The notes beneath the pieces were generated by a model, which searched no databases, was not told where the DNA came from, and saw only the letters and a program-made list of their open reading frames with translations. From Squalus acanthias (Eukaryota): a DNA stretch of 64,000 bases. The translations under genes were made by a program, and so were the position numbers. The stretch lies in contig CM059433.1 of assembly GCA_030390025.1 (NCBI GenBank), positions 9,488,001-9,552,000 of the forward strand, read 5' to 3'. This document shows positions 13,014 through 26,420 of the stretch, one piece after another. The first letter of the stretch is position 1. Each line of letters starts with the position of its first letter.

Positions 13014-13672
13014 AACAATGACAATGATGAAAGCCCAATCTCAAACCGATCACACCATCCGGCCCTCCTCACAAGATATTTGAAGTAAAGTACATTCCCA
13101 TATCCTGCAAGTCAGAAAGTAACATGAGCAAAGACAGGAGAACATTCATCAGCAATAATCAAGAGTGAAATTTCTCAAATTTGTCTCAATAGTAACAGTG
13201 ACTGGACCCATTTTCAGTATTTAGTACATGACACAGCCCTGCAATGTGCCAATTGAAGGAAACAACGGGGCTAAAGATACACCATTAGTGAACCAATTTA
13301 ATTAGAAATGCCCTGCTCCCTGATGGCTCACAGATGTGAAACTGGGCCAGACAAACCAAAGTCATACCAGATATGGGCTTAGAAATTCGATTAAGCCCAA
13401 AAACGGGCGGTGTCATCGCAGGCCGATGTTAATGGCTGCCTGCAAAACGAGCGCAGGGATTTGGTGCTGCCTGCTGATTTAAATGAGCAGACCGCAGAAG
13501 CTCACGTGCAACGCACTCTTTCCGGCGGTAACCTCAGCAGGAGGCTGAGTGTCGCATCTAAAGGATCGGTGCGGCGCTCTCTGGCAATGTGCTGTTTGGG
13601 ATAGTTTGGTGTCGGTTCCTGGGTCAGGAGTTAGAGTCTGCTGATGGCCCCTGTAGGGTTGGAGCATTGCAC

Positions 13673-14107
13673 AAATACCCTCTTCATACAACAGGGTTTA
13701 TGTGCTGGTTTCTGTTGGTAAAACTGTGGGGTCAGTTTAGCAACAGGAAACTGCTCAATCGTTAAGAAACCTACCATCAAAATGTTTAGATGTCATTTGC
13801 TGAAGCCAAGGGAAGTCTGCATAGGCCTGCAATATTTGAACGCACATCATTATCCTGCATGGTCAGGTTGAAGAGTCAGCTGACCCACAACCAGATCAAA
13901 ATAGTAACCCAACGGCAAATTCCATCGACCCACATGGCTTCAATTCTCTGTCTGTGACAGCTTATGTTGATGGCACCAGGTGATAACTCCAGTCCAGGAG
14001 ACTTTCAATGCCACCAATGGGATGGGCATTGAGTTGTTATACTACAGGGTTGCCTTTGAGCGCACTCCTGCTACTGGAGGCCACCCTGTTGTATGAAGAG
14101 GGTATTT
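13673..14107. mobile_element. Unclassified element bounded by 25-bp perfect inverted repeats
   Basis: AAATACCCTCTTCATACAACAGGGT at 13673-13697 and its reverse complement at 14083-14107. Confidence 0.6.
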
Positions 14108-15264
14108 TTGCATGTGTATGGGAATTTTGTTATATAAGGGTCATAACATTCTTATAGTTGCGATTTAGACCTCAATACGTAGAGTGCTGAATTTAGTTGC
14201 ATTTAAACATATCTGTTGCACTGGTTTGACTCAAAGGACATGATGCATCTAACACTAAAATATGATTCAACAAAACAAATATTTTTAAGTACTGATCGGG
14301 AGGAACACCAAAAACTAATATGGTCGATGCAGCTAGAATAGTATTCCTTTTATTAATTTATTTAAAAAATTGAATTTTAGCTCCACTTGAAGCCTTCAAT
14401 CCCGCTCAATTCTTCTTTCCATTTCTGTCAACTGTCATTAGGTTGCTCTGGCATTATGAGTGAATTTCAATCCTCTCTCACTTTGGAGCAATCAATAATT
14501 TAAAAAATGTCCTCCAAGCCTAAAATGGTTGGTCCCAAGACTTATTTTGGAGTTGCAGTAGTTTTGGGAAAATAGTGCAAGTATGAAATGCTCTGTTTGA
14601 TTTTGCTCAGTTGGGAGATTAATTCTTCATTGTATTTGGACAGTAAATGGTTTAAGTATTTTTCTGCAATGGTATCTATCACTGATCAGGTATTCGTCCC
14701 TTGTTATGATCAGTTTCTTTTGCTTGTCCATAGGATGATTTAAAATTCTTCCTTACTTTTCAGATATTCCAGTCCAACAACAACAGGATTTACCATTTTA
14801 CAAACAGAAACATTGGAACTTTAGAAAAACTCACTCGACATTTTACTGCTTACTTGCTTATCTCTCAGTTTGTAAAGAGTAAAGGAGAATAAAGCATTTG
14901 GCTCATTGAACCTCTTCCCTCTAATGCTGAAACTCACCAGCCGAGCATCCAATTGTATTCTGAACATCGCTAATGCCTTGGACTCTAGGACGTTACACGA
15001 TAGATTACAACAAATATTTATCACTCTTTTGAGTGAAGATTTTGTTCTTCTATTGGTTTTAAATTCACTTTTCACCAATTTAAATTTATGTTAGCCTGAC
15101 TTAGCTTGAAGTAATATTCTGGGTTCACCTTTTGTGTGTATATATTGTAGGCTAATTGTAATGCCACTCCTCTCAATGCCATCCCATCTGAAATAAGTGA
15201 GTTCTGCATAGACTAGCAATAGAGTCCAGGACCTTCTGTGGAAGGGAGTCAAGAAATGTTTGTT

Positions 15265-15803
15265 TATTATGGTACAATTTTAAAGGGATTGCAGGAACAG
15301 AAAGGCCTGGGGCTTTACTAGATTGATTCCTGGGATGAGAGGGCTGTCCTATGATGAGAGATTGTGTAGAATGGGCCTACACTCTCTGGAGTTTAGAAGA
15401 ATGAGAGGTGATCTCGTTGAAACATACAAGATTCTGAAGGGGATTGACAGGGTAGACGCTGAGAGGTTGTTTCCCCCTGGCTGGTGTGTCTAGAACTAGG
15501 GGGCATAGTCTCAGGATAAGGGGTAGGCCATTTAAGACTGAGATGAGGAGAAATTTCTTCACTCAGAAGGTTGTGAATCTTTGGAATTCTCTGCCCCAGA
15601 GGGCTGTAAATGCTGAGTCTTTGAGTATATTCAAGGCTGAGATAGATAGATTTTTGGACTCTAGGGGAATCAAGGGATATGGAGATCGGGCGGGAAAGTG
15701 GAGTTGAGGTCGATGATCAGCCATGATTTTATTGAATGGCGGAGCTGGCTCGAGGGGCTGCATGGCCTACTCCTGCTCCTATTTCTTATGTTCTTATGTT
15801 TAT
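15265..15803 (+). mobile_element. CR1 LINE 3' fragment
   Basis: SRTRGHSLRIRG...RNFFTQKVVNLWNSLP; (TTCTTATG)n tail. Confidence 0.85.
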
Positions 15804-16111
15804 GTACAGAAATCTTTGAAGGTGGAAAGGCAAGTAGGTATATATGTCATCTTCCTCCCATTGCCTTTTTCTCTCTAGACAGCTTCCTTAATCTTTCCTC
15901 ATTACACATCCCCTTTACACTTGAGTTTTCTTTGCACTCTCGCCAATGCATGCATGTCCTGTTTAGTTACCAAATGTGTAAATTGAATTATGAGGATTTC
16001 AGTAAAATCATCCCAGGATCCACAACTTGTGATTCCTAGAGAAAACTGCAAATTCATAAAATGGTGATGGTCAGCACAGGTGCAGACCTCTATACAGAAT
16101 TCAGAGACTCA

Positions 16112-16757
16112 GGGCTGGATTTTCATTGACCCGTAGAGGTGGGTTTGGAGGCGTGTGGGGGGTTAAAATTGCGAAAACTGGCGGGCGGGCACAAGCCCGC
16201 CTCCATGCAATTTTCATTAAATCGTGTCTGCTGGTCCCGACTCCGTCCCGCCTCTAAGAGGCGGGATAGGCTGTTAAGGCCCTTAACAAGCACTAAATTG
16301 CCTCTATAATGCCATTTTGAAAGGCCTTTGTGATTTTAACCCTTTTTCTACATGAAGCACGCCTGTTCTGAACCACGAATGTGAAACCTGGCGGGAGCAC
16401 ATTTGGATAGCTGACTATCGCTGGCTGGCTGGCTAGTTGGAGTGGTGGTGCAAGGGAGACATATCTGGGAGTGGTGGTGCAAAAATATCTGGGAGCAGAC
16501 TTAGGGCTGCTGCTGCTCATTTTGCATCCAGGTCCTCTCACAGCAAAGGCCAGGCAGTCTTTGCAGACCTTCAATGCAGCAGCAATGATGACATCATCAG
16601 AGGCGACTTTCAGACTGAAAACACTAATTGGGTCATGGGTTCCCACATGCTGGAACTCAATTGCCCAATTAGGTGAAAATCGCATCAATCTCCCACATCC
16701 AATTGCAGTCGGGTGGATGACACGACCCCAACCCGCCCCAGTATCAAAATCCAGCCC
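16112..16757. mobile_element. Harbinger-type MITE
   Basis: 12-bp perfect TIR GGGCTGGATTTT; TCA TSD. Confidence 0.82.
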
Positions 16758-16925
16758 TCAATATCACTCAGGGTCTATAAACAGCAGGCAGATGTTCTTT
16801 TTGCTGAACTAGCGCAGAAATAACTGCTCTTATTAATCCCAGTAGAAAAGTGCAGAGGTTTTCCAAAAAAGTTGGTGAGAAATCATATCGTTAAACTCTG
16901 TCCACTGAAAGCAGATACTACTGTA

Positions 16926-17393
16926 GAAAGAAAGACTTACATTGCTATAGCGCCTTTCACGACCACCGGACATCTCAAAGCGCTTTACAGTCAATGAAGT
17001 ACTTTTTGGAGTGTAGTCACTGTTGTAATGTGGGAAACGCAGCAGCCAATTTGCGCTCAGCAAGCTCCCACAAACAGCAATGTGATAATGACCAGATAAT
17101 CTGTTTTTGTTATGTTGATTGAGGGATAAATATTGGCCAGGACACCAGGGATAACTCCCCTGCTCTTCTTCAAAGTAGTGCCATGGGATCTTTTACGTCC
17201 ACCTGAGAGAGCAGACGGGGCCTCGGTTTAACGTCTCGTCTGAAAGACAGCACCTCCGACAGTGCAGCACTTCCTCAGCACTGCACTAGAGTGTCAGCCT
17301 AGCTTTATGTGCTCAAGTCCCTGGAGTGGACTGTGAACCCACAACCTTCTGACTCAGAGGCGAGTGTGCTGCCCACTGAGCCACAGCTGACAC
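16926..17393 (-). mobile_element. tRNA-derived DeuSINE-like SINE (SacSINE1-like)
   Basis: A/B-box-like head, Deu-domain-like core (GTTAAACCGAGGCCCCGTCTG...GGTGTCCTGGCCAA), tail AAAGCGCTTTG...GGCGCTATA. Confidence 0.85.
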
Positions 17394-18899
17394 ATATAGC
17401 AGCAAGACTCTTCCAAATGGTGCTATATTGGATCAGAAAGATCCTCAGGAGAGGTTAATCAAGATGGCATTTTGCCAATTTTTCAAACTGGGCTTGATTG
17501 AAACAGAACTGCTCATCCCTTTACTCAATCAGAATTTGATTCCCCACTTGACCGTGTAAAGTCTGATACGGTTACTGGACCCAACAACATCCGTCCTGAA
17601 TTCGTCTAGATTCCTTAAAACAATGTTTTGAAAGGTCCTGTATTCTTATTAATGTCTCATCAAGTCTACTCTTATTAATCCTAAATTGCACAATTTGAAT
17701 AAACCATTAATATAAAACCGAAATCGTGCAAAAACACTTCCTGTCTCACTTTATTAAAATTGCTTATTTTGAGCTATTAAATAATTCAACTTTTTCCAAA
17801 CAAAAACAATTCTGAATTAAAAGCCTTTCAAAAAAAATGTCACCGTGCCAAACGTATTTTTTTTTTAAGTCAAGTAAAGAAGTCATTGAGCTTTCCAGTT
17901 ACAGGCCAGTATCTCTGCTGTGTGTCACTTACAAATCAATGGAGCAATTGGTTTGTTTCCCCCCCAAATAGGAGGAAAACCATCACTGAAAAGATTTCAC
18001 CAGCAGAGCAGGTAACAAAAAGCGAAGTTACAGCATCAACAGAATCACAACGATCTGTTAAAATTCTTCCCGTTGCTGAAGCGACACCTGAAATCAGCAA
18101 TGTAGGTCAACAGAGCTGTTCTGAATGAAATGTAGAAAATTATAGAAGGCCAAAGAATGATTTCAGTGTAAATCCACAAAGAGTCATTCATATTGCACTA
18201 AAAGCACAGGGCGCATTCATTTTAAATTTTAAGGGAGCAGCAATTTTCAAAAGTGAGCTATACAATGATCAGATATAAAAATAAGGCAGATTTTGTGAAA
18301 GTCAGCAAAAAAAAAATGTATCTGGTTTCTGAAATCACTTGAAATAGGAAGACAGTAGTCTTGAATTTCATCTGGTTGGTTTTGAAAGAAAAATCCATAC
18401 AAAGAGGAAATAAGTCAACATTTTGAATGAGATGATGCAAGTTGATGCAGTATTAATAGTACAAATGTGAACAACACATTTCAAAAATAAAACTGTCCTG
18501 GACAAGTGGTTCCATTCGATCATGTAAGGTCGAAGACTACAAAAAAAAATTGACATTAGTGAAATTAAAAAGCAATTCTCCATGAATACAAGATAGACAA
18601 AGAGACAGGCAGGTATCTCTTTGGAGGGAATCCCAAACAAATTAACTATACTGAATTATCAGAATGAAAAATTAAAATTTTAAGCTAATCTTCCCATATT
18701 TTTGAGTCCAAAGCAGTATCCAAATGTCATTTTTTTTTAAATGGACAGGAAGATATACAGGTTCTACAAATATCTGCAATGAAGAATATGGCTTGCTACA
18801 GTGTTTTTTTAAATCAAACTCGACTGATTTGACATGATACACACGACAATTTCAATATCAAATCTACAACATATTGGGGCAGCGCAATCTTTGCGAAAG

Positions 18900-19358
18900 A
18901 AAGAACTTGCATTTATATAGCGCCTTTCACGAACTCAGACGTCCCAAAGCGCTATACGGCCAATGAAGTACTTTTCGAAGTGTAGTCACTGTTGTAATGT
19001 AGGAAATACGGCAGCCAATTTGCACACAGCAAGCTCCCACAAACAGCAATGTGATAATGACCAAATAATCAATCTGTTTTCGTGATGCTGGTTGAGGGAT
19101 AAATGGGGGCCCAGGACACCGGGGATAACTCCCCTGCTCTTCTTCGAATAGTGTCCGTGGGATCTTTTACAGCCACCTGAGAGAGCAGACGGGGCCTCGG
19201 TTTAACGTCTCATCCGAAGGACGGCACCTCCGACAACGTAGCACTCCCTCAGCACGGCACTAGGAGTGTCGGCCTGGATTTTTGTGCTCAAGTCCCTGGA
19301 GTGGGACCTGAACCCACAACCTTCTGACTCAGAGGCGACGGTGCCACCAATTGAGCCG
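18900..19358 (-). mobile_element. DeuSINE-like SINE
   Basis: Full-length homolog of 16926-17393. Confidence 0.85.
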
Positions 19359-19541
19359 AGACGGACACGAAGGTGAACTACTGGTGGGGACAGGAAAGGC
19401 TCTATCAAACAGGGGCCCAATCCAAGAGGTGAGAAGCGAGCGATCCCGGTGGAAGAAACGGCTGAGGAACTGGGAGACATCGACGGCAACACTTATACAT
19501 CCTACAACCAGTTATACAGCAAAAAAAAAAATCATACCAAC

Positions 19542-19676
19542 CAGGGTACAGAATATGCATTGGCACTGTGATAATGTCGTCATTTGCTCTAAAGGATATT
19601 CCCCAAGACACAGTTTACAAGACACGAGGGGATCCAGTGCCAGGTCCCAAGTAGGCCTATATCTTGCTGTTGTCAT
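19542..19676 (-). CDS. RNF144A: RNF144A first coding exon (start codon, RING1 N-terminal part)
   Basis: Translates [45 protein letters not shown] (45 aa), near-identical to the vertebrate RNF144A N-terminus. Polypyrimidine tract and AG acceptor at 19689-19690; GT donor at 19541-19540; phase 0. Confidence 0.96.
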
Positions 19677-19999
19677 TCTAAGCTGAATCTGGAAGAAAGA
19701 GGAAAAAAAAATGAATTATCTGCAACTGTAACAATTTCATTGTTTGATAGTAGAAAGCTATCATCAATTATGAAAGAAAAGCACAACTCTAACAAAACCA
19801 AAATTAAGTAAGTGATGAGATATTGACAGTCTGATGACCATCCGTCAAACTGGCAGCCATTGCCTTATTTGAATGCCTTTGAAGTGCAATTTGCATAATG
19901 TACTGTGGCAGATAAATGCTAAATGTATTATTTTTTAGCTTACATGCCACACCTAGCAACCACTGCAAGCGTGGTCTTACCTACTTACATTAGAGCTAA

Positions 20000-20478
20000 T
20001 GTCAGCCAGTGGCTCAGTTGGTAGCACCCTCACCTCTGAGTTACAAGGTTGTGGGTTCATAGTCCCACTCCAGAGACTTGAGCAGAAAAATCTAGGCTGA
20101 CACTCCAGTGCGGTACCGAGGGAGTGCCGCACTTTTGAAGCTGCTGTCTTTTGAACGAGACGTTAAACCGAGGCCCCGTCTGCTCTCTCAGGTGGACGTA
20201 AAAGATCCCAAGGTAACTATTTCGAAGAAGAGCAGGGGAGTTATCCCCGGTGTCCTGGCCCAATATTTATCCTTCAATCAACATCACTAAAAACAGATTA
20301 TCTGGTAATTATCACATTGCTGTTTGTGGGAGCTTGCTGTACGCAAATTGGCTGCTGCGTCTCCTACATTACAACAGTGACTATTCTTCAAAAAAAAAGT
20401 ACTTCATTAGCTGTAAAGCGCTTTGGGGCGTCCGGTGGTCGTGAAAGGCGCTATATAAATGCAAGTCTTTCTTTCTTT
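20000..20478 (+). mobile_element. DeuSINE-like SINE
   Basis: GTGGCTCAGTTGG A-box and GGGTTCATAGTCCC B-box-like head; same core and tail. Confidence 0.85.
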
Positions 20479-20597
20479 TCTCTAAATATTCCCATTTTCC
20501 CATTGCCGAAAAGAAATTGGTTATTTCAACAAATTTGTTGGTGAGCTAGAAATTCATAGTGCTGTTAAGCAAGCAACATTCCTGTACGGAAGATTAT

Positions 20598-21280
20598 CAT
20601 AGAATCTTAAATCACAGAAAGAGGTCATTTGGTCTGTGCTGGCTCTTTGAAAGAGCTATCCAATCAGTCCCACTCCTCTGCTATTTCCCCATAGCCCTGC
20701 AATGTTCTCCCCTTCAAGTATTTATCCAATTCCCTGTTGAAAGTTTCAGGCAATACATTCCAGATCGTAATAACTCTCAGCGTAAAAAAAACCCTCATCT
20801 CACCTCTGGCTCTTTTGCCAAATACCTTAAATTTGCATCCTCTGGTGACCAACCCTTCTGCCAGTGGAAACAGTTTCTCCTTATTTTTCTTATCAAAACC
20901 CTTCATGATTTTGAATGCCTTTATTAAGTCTTCCTTGAACCTTCTCTGCTCTAAGCTTCTCTAGTCTCGCCATGTAACTGAAGTCCTTCATCCCTAGTAA
21001 ATCTCCTCTATACCCTCTCCAAAGTCTTGACATCCTTCCTAAAGTGTGGTGCCCAGAATTGGACACTACTCCAGCTGGGGCCTAACCGATGTTTTATAAA
21101 GTTTTAGCATAACTTCCTTGCTTTTGTACTCTATGCCACTCTTTATAAAGCCAAGGATTCCGGATGGTATTTTTAAAAAAACAAAAACTTTTATCAACCT
21201 TTCCTACCCCCTTCAAATATTTCTGTATGTAAATCCCCAGGTGTCTCTATTCCTGTACCCCCATTAAAATTGTACCATTA
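20598..21280 (-). mobile_element. CR1 LINE 3' fragment
   Basis: EKLFPLAEG..TRG..FKV.GKR...FFT.RV..IWN.LP motif. Confidence 0.8.
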
Positions 21281-21831
21281 TAAACAGACATTTCTTGACT
21301 CCCTTCCAAGCAAGGTCCAGGGTTTAATTGCCAGTCTATGCAGAACTCGCTTATCTCAGATGGGACGGCATTGAGAGAGGGGCATTACAATTAGCCTCAC
21401 TATCTCAGATAAGATGGAAGAAATAAAATTGAGGGGTTTTGAGAAGGTAATTCAAGAAAAAAATATATCCACTGGTCGGTGAGTCAGCACCTAAAGGCAT
21501 AAATTTAAGATCTTCACCAAAAAAAACCAGGGAGGTTATGAGCATTATTTTTTTTTTAAAAAGCTCGAGGGTTGTTAGCATGTGGAATGCCCTACCAGAA
21601 ACAGTGGTGGAAGCATAATCTATAACAGCTTTTGAAAGAGAAGTGGATAAATGCCTAATAAAAGAAAAATTTCAGAAGAGTATGGAGAAAGGGCAAGGGA
21701 ATGGGTAACTCTTTCAGAGTTGGTACAGGTGCGATGGGCCCCACTGGCCTCCTTCTGTGCTGTAAAAGTTTATGGTGGTGAATTTCCTCAGGGCTCCTCT
21801 GTTCCGCCACCGTAACTTCAGCAGAAACCCT

Positions 21832-22524
21832 GGGGGAGAAATTCATTATAGCCCCGTTTGGGGCACTAAAACTTCGGAAGCGGAAGAATTATCGCCAGGC
21901 GCTAATGATGAGAGGCTCCCGCGAAATTAATTTGCAGCGCTCCAAGAGGGAAGTGGAGCGCTAAATCAAACGCTACCACTTCCCTTAGAGCGCTAAAGGG
22001 AGCAAGAGGGGCGGTAGCAGCAGAGCGCTGATCAATGTTCCGTGCAGCGCTGCCGGATTCGCAGGCTCCCTCCCTCCCTTAAAGGGAAGGGGCAATGATC
22101 ACAGCAGATAAAGGGAAGGCTGGCGACGGCGCCCGTGATCCGCGAGGAGCATCCCAAAGCTCTGAGTGCAGGGCCGATCAATCGCGACAATAATTTTTTT
22201 TAAAAAAACAGCACAAAGGGCTGAGGTCACAACGCCTCCTGCAGCTGCCGTTGCTGCCACCCGGCGAAGATGCAGGGGGCGGAAGCGAATTTAGGATCCG
22301 GGGCGGTAATGGGGCGATGCGCACCGGATGACGTCACGATCTCCGGGGCGCAGGAGATTGCGGCGTTAGGTTTGACCACCGGCGCTACCCCCCCCCCATT
22401 GAATTTCGCGGGAGTTATTTCTTTCACCGCGCCCAGTCGGTAAGTCGTTAGCGCCCCGTTATCGCCCCCCCTCCCCCACTGAGGCGATAACAGGAGGCGC
22501 GCAAAGGAGGCCAATTTCTAGCCC
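21832..22524. mobile_element. Harbinger-type MITE nested in a small hairpin element
   Basis: GGGGGAGAAATT...AATTTCTAGCCC termini; CCT TSD at 21829-21831 and 22525-22527. Confidence 0.85.
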
Positions 22525-23774
22525 CCTGTTTTCGCCTGTAAACGGGGTTTCTGCCAAAACCTTGCCGAAGTGACGACAGCAGAGTGGGAGCAGGTCCGAG
22601 AAAACTCCCAGCGTATGATTTCAAGACAAAATAAAAGTGTTTATGGGATTGGACTCCAATCAAATGAAATGAAAATGCACCATTCATGTTTAAAGGAAAT
22701 ATGCAGCGCACTGCACTATACCTGACCTATCAGTCCCAGGTTTTACATTCAACAGCAGCAACGTCCTCCCATTGTGCAAAATATTTCAAAATAGTTTTTT
22801 TTTTAAACTTGCTGTACACTGCTAAACAGCCACATTTACAAAAATCTGTTCTTTACATGATTATTCACAGAGCCAAAAGTTCAAATTGATTGGGAAACAA
22901 AATAAAAATGCATTATTAGCAACCCTATTAAATCTGCTGATCTCACCAGCTACAATTGTCTCTTGCATGTTCACAGTATCATATCAGATTAGTCAATTAC
23001 CAGTAAAACTACTCTATTATTTATAGCTGTCAAGTGTTTTTTACTTCTGCAAATGGAAAGTCAGAAGACAAATCAATTGCTAAAGAGAAAAACCATGTCC
23101 AATTAAAATGCCACAAATATAAGTTTTTCTTAGAAATATTGAGAGAACATATTTTAACAAACATTTTAAAAAGTATTCAGCTATGTACCTTAACATCCTG
23201 ATCTAACAGAGTTAAAAAGGAGTGTATTATCTATATTCCTTTCCAACAGCACTTGCAATTCACAACTATTACAGCCTCAGCCAGTTTCTCCGAACCCTGA
23301 TTACTGAAGGAGCAGGTTGCTGAATGCCTTGCCCTAGGCCATTTTAAGGTCCTGTAAATCATTACATGAATCATTTTTACTCGTGTATAAATTCTTTTTA
23401 CCATTTATTCGAATTAACTGCAGTAATCTACTTACTGATGGGCCAAGTTCCAAACAAGCCAGAGAACAAAGAGGTCATTGGCAGCTGATCTTAAATATAT
23501 CATGAAACTGACCTGAAATTGACAAGTAGAGAATTGTAAAAAGCAGTTTTGAACCCTTTCAAGGTCACACTACAATGATCACATTGTGGTTTATCGAAGT
23601 CAAAATGTTCTGGAGAGTCTCCGTTCCTCCAAAGTCTGAGCTTCTAATTACACATATATACAGTGGCTTTATCAATATTATAATCACAAATAAGATTTGC
23701 CAAATATTTTTGTGCAGAATGATGCTTTAAAAGTACCATTAAAATTAATTTTTGTAAACATTATGGTATTTTTT

Positions 23775-26420
23775 TAATTCGTATTTCGGATGTGGGCGTC
23801 GCTGGCAAGGCCAGCATTTATTGCCCGTCCCTAATTGCCCTCGAGAAGGTGGTGGTGAGCCGCCTTCTTGAAACCGCTGCAGTCCGTGTGGTGATGGTAC
23901 TCCCACAGTGCTGTTAGGGAGGGAGTTCCAGGCTTTTCACCCAGCGACGATGAAGGATCGGCGATATACTTCTAAGTCAGGATGGTGTGTGACTTGGAGG
24001 GGAACTTGGAGGTGCTGGTGTTTCCATGTGCTGCTGCCCTTGTCCTTCTAGGTGGAAGAGGTCGCGGGTTTGGGAGGTGCTGCTGAAGAAGCCTTGGTGA
24101 GTTGCTCCAGTGCATCTTGTAGATGGTACACACTGCAGCCACGGTACGCCGATGGTGGAGGGAGTGAATGTTTAAGGTGGTAGATGGGGTGCCAATCAAG
24201 TGGGCTGCTTTGTCTTGGATGGTGTCGAGCTTCTTGAGTGTTGTTGGAGCTGCACTCATCCAGGCAAGTGGAGAGTATTCCATCACACTCCTTACTTGTG
24301 CCTTGTAGATGGTAGAAAGGCTTTGGGGAGTCAGGAGGTGAGACACTCGCCACAGAATACCTAGCCTCTGACCTGCTCTTGTTGCCACAGTATTTATGTG
24401 GCTGGTCCAGTTAAGTTTCTGGTCAATGGTGACCCCTAGGATGTTGATGGTGGGGGGTTCGGCGATGGTAATGGCATTGAATGTCAAGAGGCGGAGGTTA
24501 GACTCTCGCTTGTTGGAGATAGTCATTGCCTGGCATTTCTGTGACGCGAATGTTACCTGCCACTTATCAGCCCAAGCCTGAACATCGTCCAGGTCTTGTT
24601 GCATGCGGGCATGGACTGCTTCATTATCTGAGGAGTTGTGAATGGCACTGAACACTGTGCAGTCATCAGCGAACATCCTCATTTCTGACCTTATGTTGGA
24701 GGGAAGGTCATTGATGAAGCAGCTGAAGATGGTTGGGCCTAGGACACTGCCCTGAGGAACTCCTGTAGCGATGTCCTGGGGCTGTGATGATTGACCTTCA
24801 ATCAGTTCAACCATCTTCCTTTGTGCTAGGTATGACTCCAGCCAGTGGAGAGTTTTCCCCCCGATTCCCATTGACTTCAGTTTTACTAGGGCTCCTTCAT
24901 GCCACACTCGGGCAAATGCTGCCTTGATGTCAAGGGCAGTCACTCTCACCTCACCTCTGGAATTCAGTTCCTTTGTCAATGTTTGGACCTAGGCCGTAAT
25001 GAGGTCGGGAGCCGAGTGGTCTTGGCGGAACCCAAACTGGGCATCAGTGAGCAGGTCATTGGTGAGTAAGTGCCGCTTGATAGCACTGTCGATGACACCT
25101 TCCATCACTGTGCTGATGGTTGGGAGTAGACTGATGGGGCGGTAATTGGCCAGATTGGATTTGTCCTGCTTTTTGTGGACAGGACATACCTGGGCAGTTT
25201 TCCACATTGTCGGATAGATGCCAGTGTTGTAGCTGTAGCTTGGCTAGAGGCGCGGCTAGTTCTGGAGCACAAGTCTTCAGCACAATAGCCAGGATGTTGT
25301 CAGGGCCCATAGCCTTTGCTGTATCCAGTGCGCTGAGCCGTTTCTTGATATCACGTGGAGTGAATCAAATTGGTTGAAGACTGGCTTCTGTGATGGTGGG
25401 GATCTCACGAGGAGGCCGATATGGATCATCCACTCGGCACTTCTGGCTGAAGATGGTTGCAATGCTTCAGCCTCATCTTTTGCACTCACGTGCTGGGCTT
25501 CACCATCATTGAGGGGGATATTCATGGAGCCTCCTCCTCCAGTTAGTTGTTTAATTATCCACCACCATTCACGACTGGATGTGGCAGAACTGCAGAGCTT
25601 TGATCTGATCTGTTGATTGTGGGATCGCTTAGCTCTGTCTATAGCATGCTGCTTCCGCTTTTTAGCATGCATGTAGTCCTGTGTTGTAGCTTCCCCAGTT
25701 TGGCACCTCATTTTTAGGTACGCCTGGTGCTGCTCCTGGCATGCTCTTCTACACTCCTTACTGAACCAGGGTTGGTCCCCTGGCTTGAAGGTAATGGTAG
25801 AGTGAGGGATATGCCGGGCCATGAGGTTACAGATTGTGGTGGAATACAATTCTGCTGCTTCTGATGGCCCACAGCGCCTCATAGATGCCCAGTTTTGAGC
25901 TGCTAGATCTGTTCTGAATCTATCCCATTTAGCACAGTGGTAGTGCCACACAACACAATGGAGGGTGTCCTCAGTGTGAATATGGGACTTCGTCTCCACA
26001 ATTACTGTGCGGTAGTCACTGCTACCAATACTGTCATGGACAGATGCATCTGTGATAGGTAGATTGGTGAGGACGAGGTCAAGTAGGTTTTTCCCTCGTG
26101 TTGGTTCTCTCACCACCTGTCGCAGGCCCAGACTGGCAGCTATGTCCTTCAGGCCAGCTCGGTCAGTAGTGGTGCTACTGAGCCACTCTTGGTGATGGAC
26201 ATTAAAGTCGCCCACCCAGAGTACATTCTGTGCCCTTGTTACTCTCAGTGCTTCTTCCAAGTGGTGTTCAACATGGCAGAGTACTGATTCATCAGCTGAG
26301 GGAGGGCAGTAGGTGGTAATCAGCAGGAGGTTTCCTTGCCCATGCTTGACCTGAAGCCATGAGACTTCATGGGGTCCGGAGTCAATGTTGAGGACTCCCA
26401 GGGCCACTCCTTCCTGACTG
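23775..26420 (-). mobile_element. CR1/L2-group LINE (family A), 5'-truncated ORF2 (APE endonuclease + RT) with frameshifts
   Basis: VGDFNVHH, PTRGKNLLDLVLT, NYRPISLL, QFGFR, GVPQGSVLGP and FADD motifs; 3' tail GGGCAATAAATGCTGGCC. Confidence 0.92.
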
